A stretch of 64,000 nucleotides of DNA. It comes from Erythrobacteraceae bacterium (GTDB taxonomy: Bacteria > Pseudomonadota > Alphaproteobacteria > Sphingomonadales > Sphingomonadaceae). The notes under the pieces are model-generated. The model did not search any database. It was not told where the DNA came from and saw only the letters and a list, made by a program, of their open reading frames with translations. The DNA lies in contig CANJYE010000007.1 of the NCBI GenBank assembly GCA_947479055.1, positions 19,704-83,703 on the forward strand, given 5' to 3'. The first letter of the stretch is position 1. Each line of letters starts with the position of its first letter. Below, piece after piece: positions 40,495 to 49,258 of the stretch. The position numbers and the translations under genes were made by a program.

Positions 40495-40558
40495 GATCGC
40501 GCCCATGCGGCGATGCATCCCGCTTGGCAAGCATGGAATCGTCCTGATAGGAGGCGCC

Positions 40559-40876
40559 ATGGCCACCGAACCGAACCCGACCGCCCCTGCCGCCCCGGAA
40601 GACCCGGTGCTGGCCGGTTTCCGCAAGAGCATCGACAATATCGATGCCGCGCTGATTCACATGCTGGCGGAGCGTTTCCGCATCACCAAGGCGGTGGGCG
40701 CACACAAGGCCAAGACCGCCCTGCCCGCCGCCGATCCCGGCCGCGAACAGCGCCAGGTCGCTCGGCTGCGCAAGCTGGCCGAGGAGGCCGATCTCGATCC
40801 CGAGTTCAGCGAGAAATTCCTGCGCTTCATCATCGACGAAGTGATCCGCCACCACGAACAGGCACGCAAGGGGTAG
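40559..40876 (+). CDS. AroQ-class chorismate mutase family protein (monofunctional, 105 aa)
   Basis: Start at MATEPNP (40559). Contains FRKSIDNIDAALIHMLAERFRITKAVGAHK and an all-helical AroQ signature with conserved Arg/Lys. Confidence 0.8.
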   Translation: MATEPNPTAPAAPEDPVLAGFRKSIDNIDAALIHMLAERFRITKAVGAHKAKTALPAADPGREQRQVARLRKLAEEADLDPEFSEKFLRFIIDEVIRHHEQARKG

Positions 40877-40892
40877 GTCGCGGCCCCGCCCC

Positions 40893-41435
40893 TCATTCCA
40901 TCGCCGTTGCGATCAATTCCCTGCCGTCCCAGTTTCTGGCGGCCTCGTCCATCAGCGCGATGCCTTCGGCGACGCCGGGAATCAGCGCTTCGGCGATTTC
41001 GAACATCATGCCGCCGGGCAGGTCCGTCTCGAAATAGGCGAAGCGCGCGTTGTTGGCGCGCGATGCCCCCTCGTGCACCAGCACGAAGCCGCGATCGAGC
41101 AGTTCCTTGCGCTTGGCGTCATAGACAGCGGGATCGCTGAACCAGGAGGCCACATGCTGCGCGCCATCCCCGCCGCTGGCAAGGAATTCGGTGTAACCGC
41201 TCGGTACGTCGTTGTGCTGTTCGACGATCTCGATCTGCAAGGGCCCGGAATGGGCAAAATAGAGCGTTACCTCCGGCGCCGGGCTCGGCTCGCCGCGATA
41301 AACGAAGTCGTCCATGGTGAAGCGCATGGTGAAGAAGGGGCCGACGCCGACCTTCCCCCATGCCTCAATCGCGGCCTGCGCATCGCGAGTAACCATGGCC
41401 AGCTGGCGTATGCCTCCAAAGATGATGCTCATGGG
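40893..41435 (-). CDS. VOC (glyoxalase/bleomycin resistance/dioxygenase) family protein
   Basis: ATG 41435 follows GGAGGAAA. 180 aa with a two-module beta-alpha-beta-beta-beta-like pattern. The family call is made by eye. Confidence 0.7.
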   Translation of the reverse strand, partial: PMSIIFGGIRQLAMVTRDAQAAIEAWGKVGVGPFFTMRFTMDDFVYRGEPSPAPEVTLYFAHSGPLQIEIVEQHNDVPSGYTEFLASGGDGAQHVASWFSDPAVYDAKRKELLDRGFVLVHEGASRANNARFAYFETDLPGGMMFEIAEALIPGVAEGIALMDEAARNWDGRELIATAME

Positions 41436-41451
41436 ATTTCCTCCAGGATGA

Positions 41452-42708
41452 TCAGAGCGCAGAAGCCCCGTAAGCCCGAGGAATCTCGAAGTTGAAGATC
41501 CTCGCGGCATTGAATCCCAGCAACCTGGCCCGCACATCTTCCGACAGGTCGCCCATCTGCCGCTCGATTGCCTGACCGGAGTGGGGGAACGTGCCTTCGT
41601 GGTGCGGATAATCGTTGGCCCAGCAAAACACGTCCTGGAGGCCATAGCGCTCCATCGTCATCAGGCCAGAGATGTCCTCACCGAAGGTCGCGCCACCTTG
41701 GTCCCGGAAATAATCGCTCGGCAGGCCCTGTCGCAGCTTCGGGAAGGCCCACATGTGATGCTTGCGATAGCCTTCGTCCAGCGTGTCCAGAAGCCAGGGA
41801 ATCCATCCGATGCCGGATTCGATCACGGCGAAGCGCAGGCGCGGGAAACGATCAAGTGCGCCCGACATGATGAGATTGGCAATCGGTTCGCCAGTGGTGC
41901 TGAGTCCGTGGATCGCAAAATTGATTACTGCCCCGCCCGGCCCCTTTGCTCCCCGCGGATCGGCACCGGTGGAGACGTGGAAAGTGATGGTCATTCCCGT
42001 CTCCTCGATCGCCGCCCAAAGCGGGTCGAATTCGGGGAGGTTGTAGTTGAAGCGATCCTGGTCGGCGGTGCCGAACACCGGTTTGTTGGGGAGCGTGATC
42101 ACGCGATAGCCAAGCCCGGCAACCCGTTGCACTTCGGCCACCGCGCTCGCGACATTGCCGGTGGAAATGCAGGCGGCGACATTCATCCGGCTGCGATAGG
42201 GCCGGGTCAGTTCTTCGGCCCAGTCATTGTAGATGCGGAACTGGGACTGCATCAGATGTGGGTCCGGCGTCCAGAAGCCCGCCAGCGCGGTGCCGTTGGG
42301 AAACACCAGCTCGGCGTCCACTCCGTCAATGTCGAGATCGGCCATCCGTCGATCAAGATCGTTGTTGAAACCGTCAAGCGAAGCGGAACTGCCGGCCTTG
42401 GAACGGTAGAGGTCTTCTCCGTCCTGATCGGCTTCGATGATTCGCTGTGGCTTGCGACCCTCCATGATCGACCACATCACCCCGTTCGCATCGCGTTCCA
42501 TCCGGGGCACACGATCCTTGAGCGAGCTGTCGATCCGGTCGCGGATCAGGTTCGACGGCGGCCCCAGGTGCGTGTCAGCCGAAACCATGAAATATTTGGG
42601 CCGGTCCTGGCCGGGATAGGGCGTCCGGGCCCAGCCTTCGCTGCCGCCGGGCGTTTGTGTGCGCCAGACATTGGCCGCATTGACAGTCAGCTGGACAGGA
42701 ACATTCAT
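41452..42708 (-). CDS. amidohydrolase-2 family protein (ACMSD-like metal-dependent hydrolase/decarboxylase)
   Basis: ATG 42708 follows GGGAGAG. 418 aa with an SADTHLGPP N-terminal metal motif, FHVSTG, and WANDYPHHEG at the C-terminus. Confidence 0.8.
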   Translation of the reverse strand: MNVPVQLTVNAANVWRTQTPGGSEGWARTPYPGQDRPKYFMVSADTHLGPPSNLIRDRIDSSLKDRVPRMERDANGVMWSIMEGRKPQRIIEADQDGEDLYRSKAGSSASLDGFNNDLDRRMADLDIDGVDAELVFPNGTALAGFWTPDPHLMQSQFRIYNDWAEELTRPYRSRMNVAACISTGNVASAVAEVQRVAGLGYRVITLPNKPVFGTADQDRFNYNLPEFDPLWAAIEETGMTITFHVSTGADPRGAKGPGGAVINFAIHGLSTTGEPIANLIMSGALDRFPRLRFAVIESGIGWIPWLLDTLDEGYRKHHMWAFPKLRQGLPSDYFRDQGGATFGEDISGLMTMERYGLQDVFCWANDYPHHEGTFPHSGQAIERQMGDLSEDVRARLLGFNAARIFNFEIPRAYGASAL

Positions 42709-42887
42709 GAACTCTCTCCCGATCGCGTGATTTCTCTCCCGGGAAGGTAACCGCCACCCCCCTGCATGCAAGCGAATGTTGGAGCTGGTCACGCAGCCGA
42801 CGTTCTCCTGCCAAAAGGTCATCTCCCTCACCACCCTTTTCCGTTAGCTTCGCCCGACAACAACCAGACAACAAAGGGAGCGGGGCC

Positions 42888-43649
42888 ATGGGCCTTCTTG
42901 AGGACAGGGTTTGCATCATAGCCGGCGGCGCCGGCAGCATCGGGCTGGCTTCCGCGCGGGCATTGCTCGCCGAAGGGGCGAGAGTGCTGCTGGTCGATCT
43001 GAACGCGGGCGATCTCGCCACGGCAGCGGCGGGGCTGGACCCGGACCGGGTGGCAGTGCAAGCCGCCGATGTCGGCGATGTCGAACAGTCCATCGCCTAT
43101 GTTTCTGCCGCCATGGCCCGCTGGGGCCGGATCGACGTTTTGTTCTGCAACGCCGGCAATTCTGGCGCGATCGGCGGGATCGAGGATTATCCGGTGGAAG
43201 CCATGGATGCGACATATCGCGTCCATGTGCGCGGCGCGTTCCTGGGCTGCAAATATGCCCTCCCGCACATGGGCCAGGGCGGCAGCGTGATCATCAATTC
43301 GAGCGTGGCGGGCCTTGGCGGAAGCCCCGGCGTCTATGCCTATTGCACTGCCAAGCACGCCCAGACCGGGCTGATGCGCTCGCTCGCCAAGGAGGTTGCG
43401 GCGCGGGGGATCAGTGTCAACACGATCCACCCCGGCCCGGTCGACAACAGCTTCCAGACCGCGATCGAGGACGGCTTCAGTCCGCTGATCGGCGGAGGTG
43501 ACGCCACCGCGCTGATGAACAGTATGATCCCGCTTGGCCGCCATGCCGCGCCGGAAGAAATCGCCCGTTCCGTGCTCTACCTCGCCTCGGACATGAGCAG
43601 CTTCGTCACCGGCAGCCAGCTGGTGGTGGACGGCGGGTTCACGGCGTAA
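42888..43649 (+). CDS. short-chain dehydrogenase/reductase
   Basis: 253 aa with IIAGGAGSIG, NAG and YCTAKH catalytic motifs. Confidence 0.88.
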   Translation: MGLLEDRVCIIAGGAGSIGLASARALLAEGARVLLVDLNAGDLATAAAGLDPDRVAVQAADVGDVEQSIAYVSAAMARWGRIDVLFCNAGNSGAIGGIEDYPVEAMDATYRVHVRGAFLGCKYALPHMGQGGSVIINSSVAGLGGSPGVYAYCTAKHAQTGLMRSLAKEVAARGISVNTIHPGPVDNSFQTAIEDGFSPLIGGGDATALMNSMIPLGRHAAPEEIARSVLYLASDMSSFVTGSQLVVDGGFTA

Positions 43650-43670
43650 GGCTACATCGCCCGCAACAGG

Positions 43671-43699
43671 CTTACATTCTTGCGCGATCTCCCTATATG
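43671..43699 (+). promoter_or_regulatory. sigma-70 type promoter candidate
   Basis: CTTACA-N17-TATATG, located 80 nt upstream of the small-ORF pair. Confidence 0.3.
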
Positions 43700-43780
43700 G
43701 GGCCCATCGCGACTGACAGCTTGTAGGCCGTCGCGGCTGAGAGACCGATCGTGCTCCCGCTTACGCCGAGGAGTGGGCTT

Positions 43781-43978
43781 TTGGACCTCAATGATCTCTA
43801 TTTCCGCCACCAGCTGTCCATGATGCGCGCGCAATCGGCCCGTGGTGGCGACAGCCGCAACCGGCATTGCGCCGACGCCAGGGGAATCGCCGGAGAGATC
43901 AGCCTGTTCCAGCACCAAGCCGGGGCTGCAGCGGCCAACGGCTGGAAAGCCAACAATTGCCAGGGAGCCCATCAATGA
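43781..43978 (+). CDS. small protein, hypothetical (65 aa)
   Basis: TTG start lies 7 nt after AGGAG (alternative GTG at 43751). Begins (M)DLNDLYFRHQLSMMRA. The stop overlaps the next ATG (ATGA). Confidence 0.45.
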   Translation: MDLNDLYFRHQLSMMRAQSARGGDSRNRHCADARGIAGEISLFQHQAGAAAANGWKANNCQGAHQ

Positions 43979-44199
43979 GCCGCGCAATCAACCTTTCGCT
44001 CGGCGAGGCCGAAGTCCTGAGCAAATGCAACGAGGCCGGCGTCGGCGTCAGCGTGACCGAGAAACTGCCGTCAGGCGGCACCCGGCTGGTCTGCACCACA
44101 GGCGACGGCGCGGCCGAAATGCGCCGCAAGTTCAAGAACGACATCATCGCCGGCAAGGAAAAGCGCTTTCCGTTCGTGCGGATGCCCAGCGCCTGGTAA
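43975..44199 (+). CDS. small protein, hypothetical (74 aa)
   Basis: ATG lies 7 nt after GGGAG and is translationally coupled to the preceding ORF. No recognised motif. Confidence 0.5.
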   Translation: MSRAINLSLGEAEVLSKCNEAGVGVSVTEKLPSGGTRLVCTTGDGAAEMRRKFKNDIIAGKEKRFPFVRMPSAW

Positions 44200-45372
44200 T
44201 CAGTCGAAGGCATCCAGCGCGTCATGATCGTCCATCGCGGCGAGCATGCGTGACAGGAAGGTCAAGGTTGTGCTTGCCGGCTGCATGTCGGCCATTTCCG
44301 GCGCAGGTCGCAGGGTGATGGTCCAGAACGCCAGTGCAGTCAGCAATTGCTGGCGGCAATTGCGCATTGCCTCCTCGTGGCTGACCCGGGGCACGCCCCG
44401 TTCCGCCATCTTGTCGAGATAGAGGTCGAGCAATTCGACTTCCCATGCTCGGCGCTGCTCGATCGAGAGCGCGCAGGTGGTGGCGTAGATATAATCCCGG
44501 CTCCAGTGGCCATAGCCGACCGCCTGCCAGTCATGCAGGCCCATACGGTTGTCGGCGCTGATGAACCAGTTCTTCAGGTGCACGTCATTGTGGGTGAGCG
44601 AGCTGGGCAGCCCCTTGTGCGCTTCGGCCGAGGCCATGGTCTTCGGCCAGATCTCCGCTCGCCGGGCGAACAGCGCGGGGCTCATCAGATGCTCGCAATC
44701 GCCGAAGGCAATGTCGCAATAGCGCTCGAAATTGGGTGATTCAGTCACCATCCGCTTCCACCACAGCGACCAGTGGTCGAACGGCAAAGCCGCCGTTCCC
44801 AGCGCCGGGTCTTGATAGAAGCGCGAGTGCAGCCGGGCGAGCGTATCGACCATGCCCTCGGCCTGCTCGCGAGTCATGACATGGGTTTCGATCGGGAAGC
44901 TGTCTTGCCCGGCCATGTCCTTCATCATGATGAAATAGGCATAGTTATCAGGATTATACCCGGAGAATATCGGTTCCGGTGTGAGAATATCCAGCTGCGG
45001 CCGGGCGATGTTGAAGAAATTGGCCTCGCCCCGGGCGGAACCGCTCGATCCCAGCACGAAGCGGGAGGTCAGCGTGGCCGCCGCCTTGCAGAACACGCTG
45101 GGGGGAAAACCGGCCCGCTGACCCGCCGCATTGTAGGTCAGGAAAATCCGACGCCGGTTGGAAGTGCCGTCATCCTCCTTATCGAATGAAAAGCTGGTCA
45201 CTTCGGCACCCGGTTGATCCTTGCAGATGACCGCGCTCAGCCAGTCCGCCGTGATCGCATCATAGGTTGGCGGCACCTGATCGGCCCGCGTAACTTTTGC
45301 GCCCAGCGCCTGCTCGGCTTCATAAATTCTCGTAACTTTGGAAAGGAAATCATTCATAGAATTGTCTTTCAT
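44200..45372 (-). CDS. phosphotransferase (APH / choline-kinase-like) family protein
   Basis: Brenner-type catalytic motif HNDVHLKNWF and a downstream LHDWQ metal-binding motif. The start is taken at MKDNSM (45372), 8 nt after the SDR stop. Confidence 0.8.
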   Translation of the reverse strand: MKDNSMNDFLSKVTRIYEAEQALGAKVTRADQVPPTYDAITADWLSAVICKDQPGAEVTSFSFDKEDDGTSNRRRIFLTYNAAGQRAGFPPSVFCKAAATLTSRFVLGSSGSARGEANFFNIARPQLDILTPEPIFSGYNPDNYAYFIMMKDMAGQDSFPIETHVMTREQAEGMVDTLARLHSRFYQDPALGTAALPFDHWSLWWKRMVTESPNFERYCDIAFGDCEHLMSPALFARRAEIWPKTMASAEAHKGLPSSLTHNDVHLKNWFISADNRMGLHDWQAVGYGHWSRDYIYATTCALSIEQRRAWEVELLDLYLDKMAERGVPRVSHEEAMRNCRQQLLTALAFWTITLRPAPEMADMQPASTTLTFLSRMLAAMDDHDALDAFD

Positions 45373-45379
45373 CTGCCCC

Positions 45380-46066
45380 CTACCAGGGGTGGACCTCGCC
45401 ATTCCACTTCCAGAAGGTTCCGCTGTTATCGAGGTTCATCTTCGCGGCGACGTCGTGGATGCCCGAGGCGCTTTCCAGCGCCGTGATGTCGGCTTCCGGC
45501 CCGCCCATGTCGGTCTGCACATAGCCGGGGTGGACGGTGCAGACGCTGATGCCGCGTTCCTTCACGTCGATCGACAGCGCCCGCATCACCCGGTTCAGCC
45601 CGGCCTTGGCGGCGCTGTAGGAATACATCCCGCCATAGGGCCAGGGCGACGCCGCCAGCTGGCTGCTGACGGTCAGCGCCTTGCCCCTGGCCCGTTCGAG
45701 ATTGGGCAGCAGCGCCTGGACCATGCGGAACGGGCCGATGCACATCACTTCGAAGCTTTCGCGCCAGCCGTCGAAATTGCGGTCTTCCGGCCCCGTCTCA
45801 CCGATGAAGATGCCGCCGACATTGAGTAGCAGGTCGACCGGCGCATCGCCCAGTTCCTCGGCGAATTTGTCGATCGAGGCACCGTCGCCGAAATCGGCCT
45901 TGCCGACCGTCACCCGGCCTTCGCTGAACGAGGCGAGCGCATTGAGCGCGTCCGCCCCGGCAGGATTGCGGCACAATGCGTAAACCCGGTCGCCCGCTTC
46001 GGCATAGAGCTTGGCGAGAGTGAATCCGATGCCCCGGCTTGCCCCGGCGATTACGATAGTGGCCAT
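45380..46066 (-). CDS. short-chain dehydrogenase/reductase (CsgA/C-factor-like)
   Basis: Start at MATIVIAGASRGIG (46066). Contains YSAAKA catalytic residues. Confidence 0.85.
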   Translation of the reverse strand: MATIVIAGASRGIGFTLAKLYAEAGDRVYALCRNPAGADALNALASFSEGRVTVGKADFGDGASIDKFAEELGDAPVDLLLNVGGIFIGETGPEDRNFDGWRESFEVMCIGPFRMVQALLPNLERARGKALTVSSQLAASPWPYGGMYSYSAAKAGLNRVMRALSIDVKERGISVCTVHPGYVQTDMGGPEADITALESASGIHDVAAKMNLDNSGTFWKWNGEVHPW

Positions 46067-46163
46067 TATATCCTCTCCTTGATTCTTGCCTGCCAGACTA
46101 GGCGCACGAAACAACCCTTGTCGATCCGACAATGCTTGCACAAGGCCGCAACTTCTCTAACCT

Positions 46164-47117
46164 TTGCCCATGGCTGTCAGGATCGGAATTGGAACGGGGC
46201 TTGCCCCACCGCTGTCGCCGGAACCGTTCTGGCGCTGGACCGATCTGTGCGAACAGGCCGGGATCGACAGCATCTGGGTATCGGACCAGTTGCTCGGCCC
46301 CACGGCGGAGCCGCTGACCCTGCTGGCCGCGCTGGCGGGGCGGACCAGGCGGCTGCGGCTTGGCACCAATGTGCTGGTCATTCCCTTTCGTGAACCGCTG
46401 CTGCTGGCCAAGCAGATAGCGACCATCGATGTGCTGTCCGACGGGCGGCTGCTGCCCGCCTTCGGGGTCGGCAACGCGGTCGATCCCGTATGGTCGGCCA
46501 CCGCGCGCGATCCTGCCCCGCGCGGGCGCGAATCGGATGAGGCGATCGCGCTGGTGCGGATGCTGCTGGAAGAGGAGGAGATTGCCTTCGAGGGGCGCTT
46601 CTTCCGCTATCGCGGCAAGGGCATCCAGCCACGTCGGCCAAGCTGCCCGCCGATCTGGATCGGCGGCGATTCCGAAGCGGCGATCCGCCGCAGCGCCCAA
46701 CTGGGCGATGGCTGGCTGGGCGGGTTGTCCACGCCGGAAAAGGCGGGCGAGACGGTGGCGCGGATCAAGGCGGCGCTGGCGGGAACCGGGCGGACGATTG
46801 ATCCCGACCATTACGGTATCACCCTGCCCTTCCGCATCGGCGAACCCGACGATCCCAGCGTGGTGGCCGCGAGCGAGCGTTTCTCGAAGCGGATGCCCGC
46901 AGGCGAGGCCGACCGGCTGCGCGACAGTTTCGCCGTCGGCACCGCCGATCACATCGCCGGGGTGCTGCGCCGCTTCATCGCCCAGGGAATCGAGAAATTC
47001 GTCGCCATGCCGATCGTCGAGGACAGCGAGGACATGATCGCCCAGACCCGGCTGCTGGCCGAACAGATCATTCCCCAGGTCGAAGGCAATCCGGCCAGAT
47101 CGCTGCCCGTCGGGTAA
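46164..47117 (+). CDS. luciferase-like (LLM class) flavin/F420-dependent oxidoreductase
   Basis: 317 aa with a TIM-barrel LLM pattern (IDSIWVSDQL, LGTNVLVIPFREP, GDGRLLPAFGVG, IWIGG). Confidence 0.85.
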   Translation: MPMAVRIGIGTGLAPPLSPEPFWRWTDLCEQAGIDSIWVSDQLLGPTAEPLTLLAALAGRTRRLRLGTNVLVIPFREPLLLAKQIATIDVLSDGRLLPAFGVGNAVDPVWSATARDPAPRGRESDEAIALVRMLLEEEEIAFEGRFFRYRGKGIQPRRPSCPPIWIGGDSEAAIRRSAQLGDGWLGGLSTPEKAGETVARIKAALAGTGRTIDPDHYGITLPFRIGEPDDPSVVAASERFSKRMPAGEADRLRDSFAVGTADHIAGVLRRFIAQGIEKFVAMPIVEDSEDMIAQTRLLAEQIIPQVEGNPARSLPVG

Positions 47118-47187
47118 ATCCGGGGACACGGACGCTTATTTACGCATGCCCGGTTGAAATCGGGGACAATGGCTTCATTATAACGAT

Positions 47188-47634
47188 ATGCTTTCGCAAA
47201 AGACCCGCTACGCGATCCGGGCGCTGCAACACCTGGCCGATCATTACGGTGGCGGGCCGGTGCAACTGGCGGAAATTGCCGACAAGCAGAACATCCCCGC
47301 CAAGTTCCTGACCGTCATCCTGTCCGAACTCAGCCGCGAAGGCGTGGTGGTGAGCCAGCGGGGCCGCGACGGCGGTTACTGGCTGGCGCTTTCGCCGATC
47401 GATATCCGTTATGGCGATATCATCCGGCTGATGCGTGGATCGCTGGCGCTGGTACCCTGCGCCAGCCGCTATGCCCATGAAACCTGCAAGAACTGCCTCG
47501 AGGAAGAAAACTGCCGCCTGCGCAGCCTGATGCTGCGGGTGCGCGACGAAACCGCTGCGGTACTCGACCGGATCACGCTCGCCGATCCGATCACGCTGGA
47601 ACCGGCCTTCGCAGAGACCGCCGAAGTCGACTGA
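47188..47634 (+). CDS. Rrf2 family transcriptional regulator
   Basis: 148 aa with the N-terminal wHTH MLSQKTRYAIRALQHLA...LSELSREGVVVSQRGRDGGY. Four Cys lie in PCASRYAHETCKNCLEEENC. Confidence 0.88.
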   Translation: MLSQKTRYAIRALQHLADHYGGGPVQLAEIADKQNIPAKFLTVILSELSREGVVVSQRGRDGGYWLALSPIDIRYGDIIRLMRGSLALVPCASRYAHETCKNCLEEENCRLRSLMLRVRDETAAVLDRITLADPITLEPAFAETAEVD

Positions 47635-47771
47635 CCGGGCAGGCTGCAGTTCAGCCGCCCCACCCCGATCCCATCGCCACGCCCCCGGCACACCGCTGGA
47701 GGCGCCCTTGCGACTAAAGAAAATCTATCTCTACCCATTTGGTCGAAAAAACCTCTCGACTCATCGCCGAC

Positions 47772-47798
47772 TAATTGTCTACACAAACGATAGATATA
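47772..47798 (+). promoter_or_regulatory. candidate operator, copy 1 (ATTGTCTAC-AT-rich-CGATA)
   Basis: The 9-mer ATTGTCTAC followed by CGATA recurs at 48121..48148. It lies in an AT-rich patch upstream of the small ORF at 47861. Confidence 0.3.
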
Positions 47799-47860
47799 CG
47801 AAGCAACGGTCGGAACAGAGATTGGGCCGACCGGCTCGCAGACCCCGAAGGAGAAGGCTC

Positions 47861-48091
47861 ATGGCCCAATTGAACCGATTGACCGCCGTTGACTATGCAG
47901 ACGCCGATTACGGCCTGTCGGCCTTCTCGGATGCACTTGCATCTCCCGCTCTGCTCCCGCAATTGACGTTGATCTCCTCGCACGAACCGGGCCGCGCCGC
48001 CCTCCTCACGCCCAACCGGCGGCTGGGCGTCTGGATCTGCATCGCCTCCACCGTAACCTTCTGGTCGATCGTGCTGGCACTGGTGCTCTGA
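47861..48091 (+). CDS. small C-terminally anchored membrane protein, hypothetical
   Basis: ATG lies 7 nt after AAGGAG. 76 aa with a C-terminal TM helix (LGVWICIASTVTFWSIVLALVL). Confidence 0.45.
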   Translation: MAQLNRLTAVDYADADYGLSAFSDALASPALLPQLTLISSHEPGRAALLTPNRRLGVWICIASTVTFWSIVLALVL

Positions 48092-48120
48092 GGACTACGG
48101 CGAGAGGGCCGAGTTCCGTC

Positions 48121-48148
48121 ATATTGTCTACTTATTTAATCGATAATG
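48121..48148 (+). promoter_or_regulatory. candidate operator, copy 2 (ATTGTCTAC-AT-rich-CGATA)
   Basis: Same 9-mer and CGATA as at 47772, located 28 nt upstream of the sbp start. Confidence 0.3.
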
Positions 48149-48175
48149 CCGACCCGGCAACAGGAGGAAACCAGA

Positions 48176-49213
48176 ATGAAGACACTGATCAAGCGCAGAT
48201 TGTTCCTTTCCGCAGCACTTGGCCTCGCCGTGACGCTGGCCGGTTGCTCCGGCGGTGATTCGGCCCTCAAGGGCGGCAAGCCGGTTGAACTGACCAATGT
48301 TTCCTACGATCCGACCCGCGAGCTCTACGAAGCAATCAATCCCGCCTTTGCCTCCTACTGGCTGGAAAAGACCGGCCAGAGTGTGACTTTCAAGATGAGC
48401 CATGGCGGCTCCGGCAAGCAGAGCCGCGCGATCATCGACGGGCTCGAAGCCGACGTGGCGACGCTGGCGCTGGCTTATGATGTCGATGCCATCGCCGACA
48501 AGGGCAAGCTGTTGCCGGCCGACTGGATCAAGGCCCTGCCCGACAACAGCGCGCCCTATACCTCGACCATCGTCTTCCTCGTTCGCAAGGGCAATCCGAA
48601 AGCGATCAAGGATTGGGGCGATCTGGTGAAGCCAGGGATCGAAGTGATTACCCCCAATCCCAAGACCAGCGGTGGAGCCCGCTGGAACTTCCTCGCCGCC
48701 TGGGCCTATGGCCGCAAGGCTGGTGGCTCCGACGCCGCCGCGCAGGACTTCGTCAAGAAGCTCTACACCCACGTCCCGGTGCTCGACAGCGGCGCGCGCG
48801 GTTCGACCACCACCTTTGTCGAACGCGGCATCGGCGATGTGCTGCTGGCCTGGGAAAACGAGGCATTCCTCGCCCAGAAGGAACTGGGCAAGGACAAGGT
48901 CGAGATCGTCATCCCATCGATTTCCGTTCTGGCCGAGCCTTCGGTGGCGGTGATCGCCGAAAATGCCAAGAAGCACGGCACGAGCGAGGTGGCCAAGGCC
49001 TATCTCGAATATCTCTACACGCCCGAAGCGCAGGTCGCGATTGCCCGCAATTTCTACCGCCCGCGCGACCCGGAAGTGGCCGCCAAGTTCAAGGACCAGT
49101 TCCCGGCGATCAACCTTGTCACGGTCGACAAGGACTTCGGTGGCTGGGGCAAGGCCCAGAAGGAATTCTTCGATGACGGCGGCGTGTTCGACCGCATCTA
49201 TTCCGACAAGTAA
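48176..49213 (+). CDS. sbp: sulfate/thiosulfate ABC transporter substrate-binding protein
   Basis: Start at [10 protein letters not shown] after AGGAGGAAA, with lipobox LAGC. Contains [12 protein letters not shown]...SHGGSGKQ...[10 protein letters not shown], as in E. coli Sbp/CysP. Confidence 0.9.
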   Translation: MKTLIKRRLFLSAALGLAVTLAGCSGGDSALKGGKPVELTNVSYDPTRELYEAINPAFASYWLEKTGQSVTFKMSHGGSGKQSRAIIDGLEADVATLALAYDVDAIADKGKLLPADWIKALPDNSAPYTSTIVFLVRKGNPKAIKDWGDLVKPGIEVITPNPKTSGGARWNFLAAWAYGRKAGGSDAAAQDFVKKLYTHVPVLDSGARGSTTTFVERGIGDVLLAWENEAFLAQKELGKDKVEIVIPSISVLAEPSVAVIAENAKKHGTSEVAKAYLEYLYTPEAQVAIARNFYRPRDPEVAAKFKDQFPAINLVTVDKDFGGWGKAQKEFFDDGGVFDRIYSDK

Positions 49214-49258
49214 GCCGGCACCCGCCCCTTTCCCTCGCATTCGAGCAGGCCACTGCAG

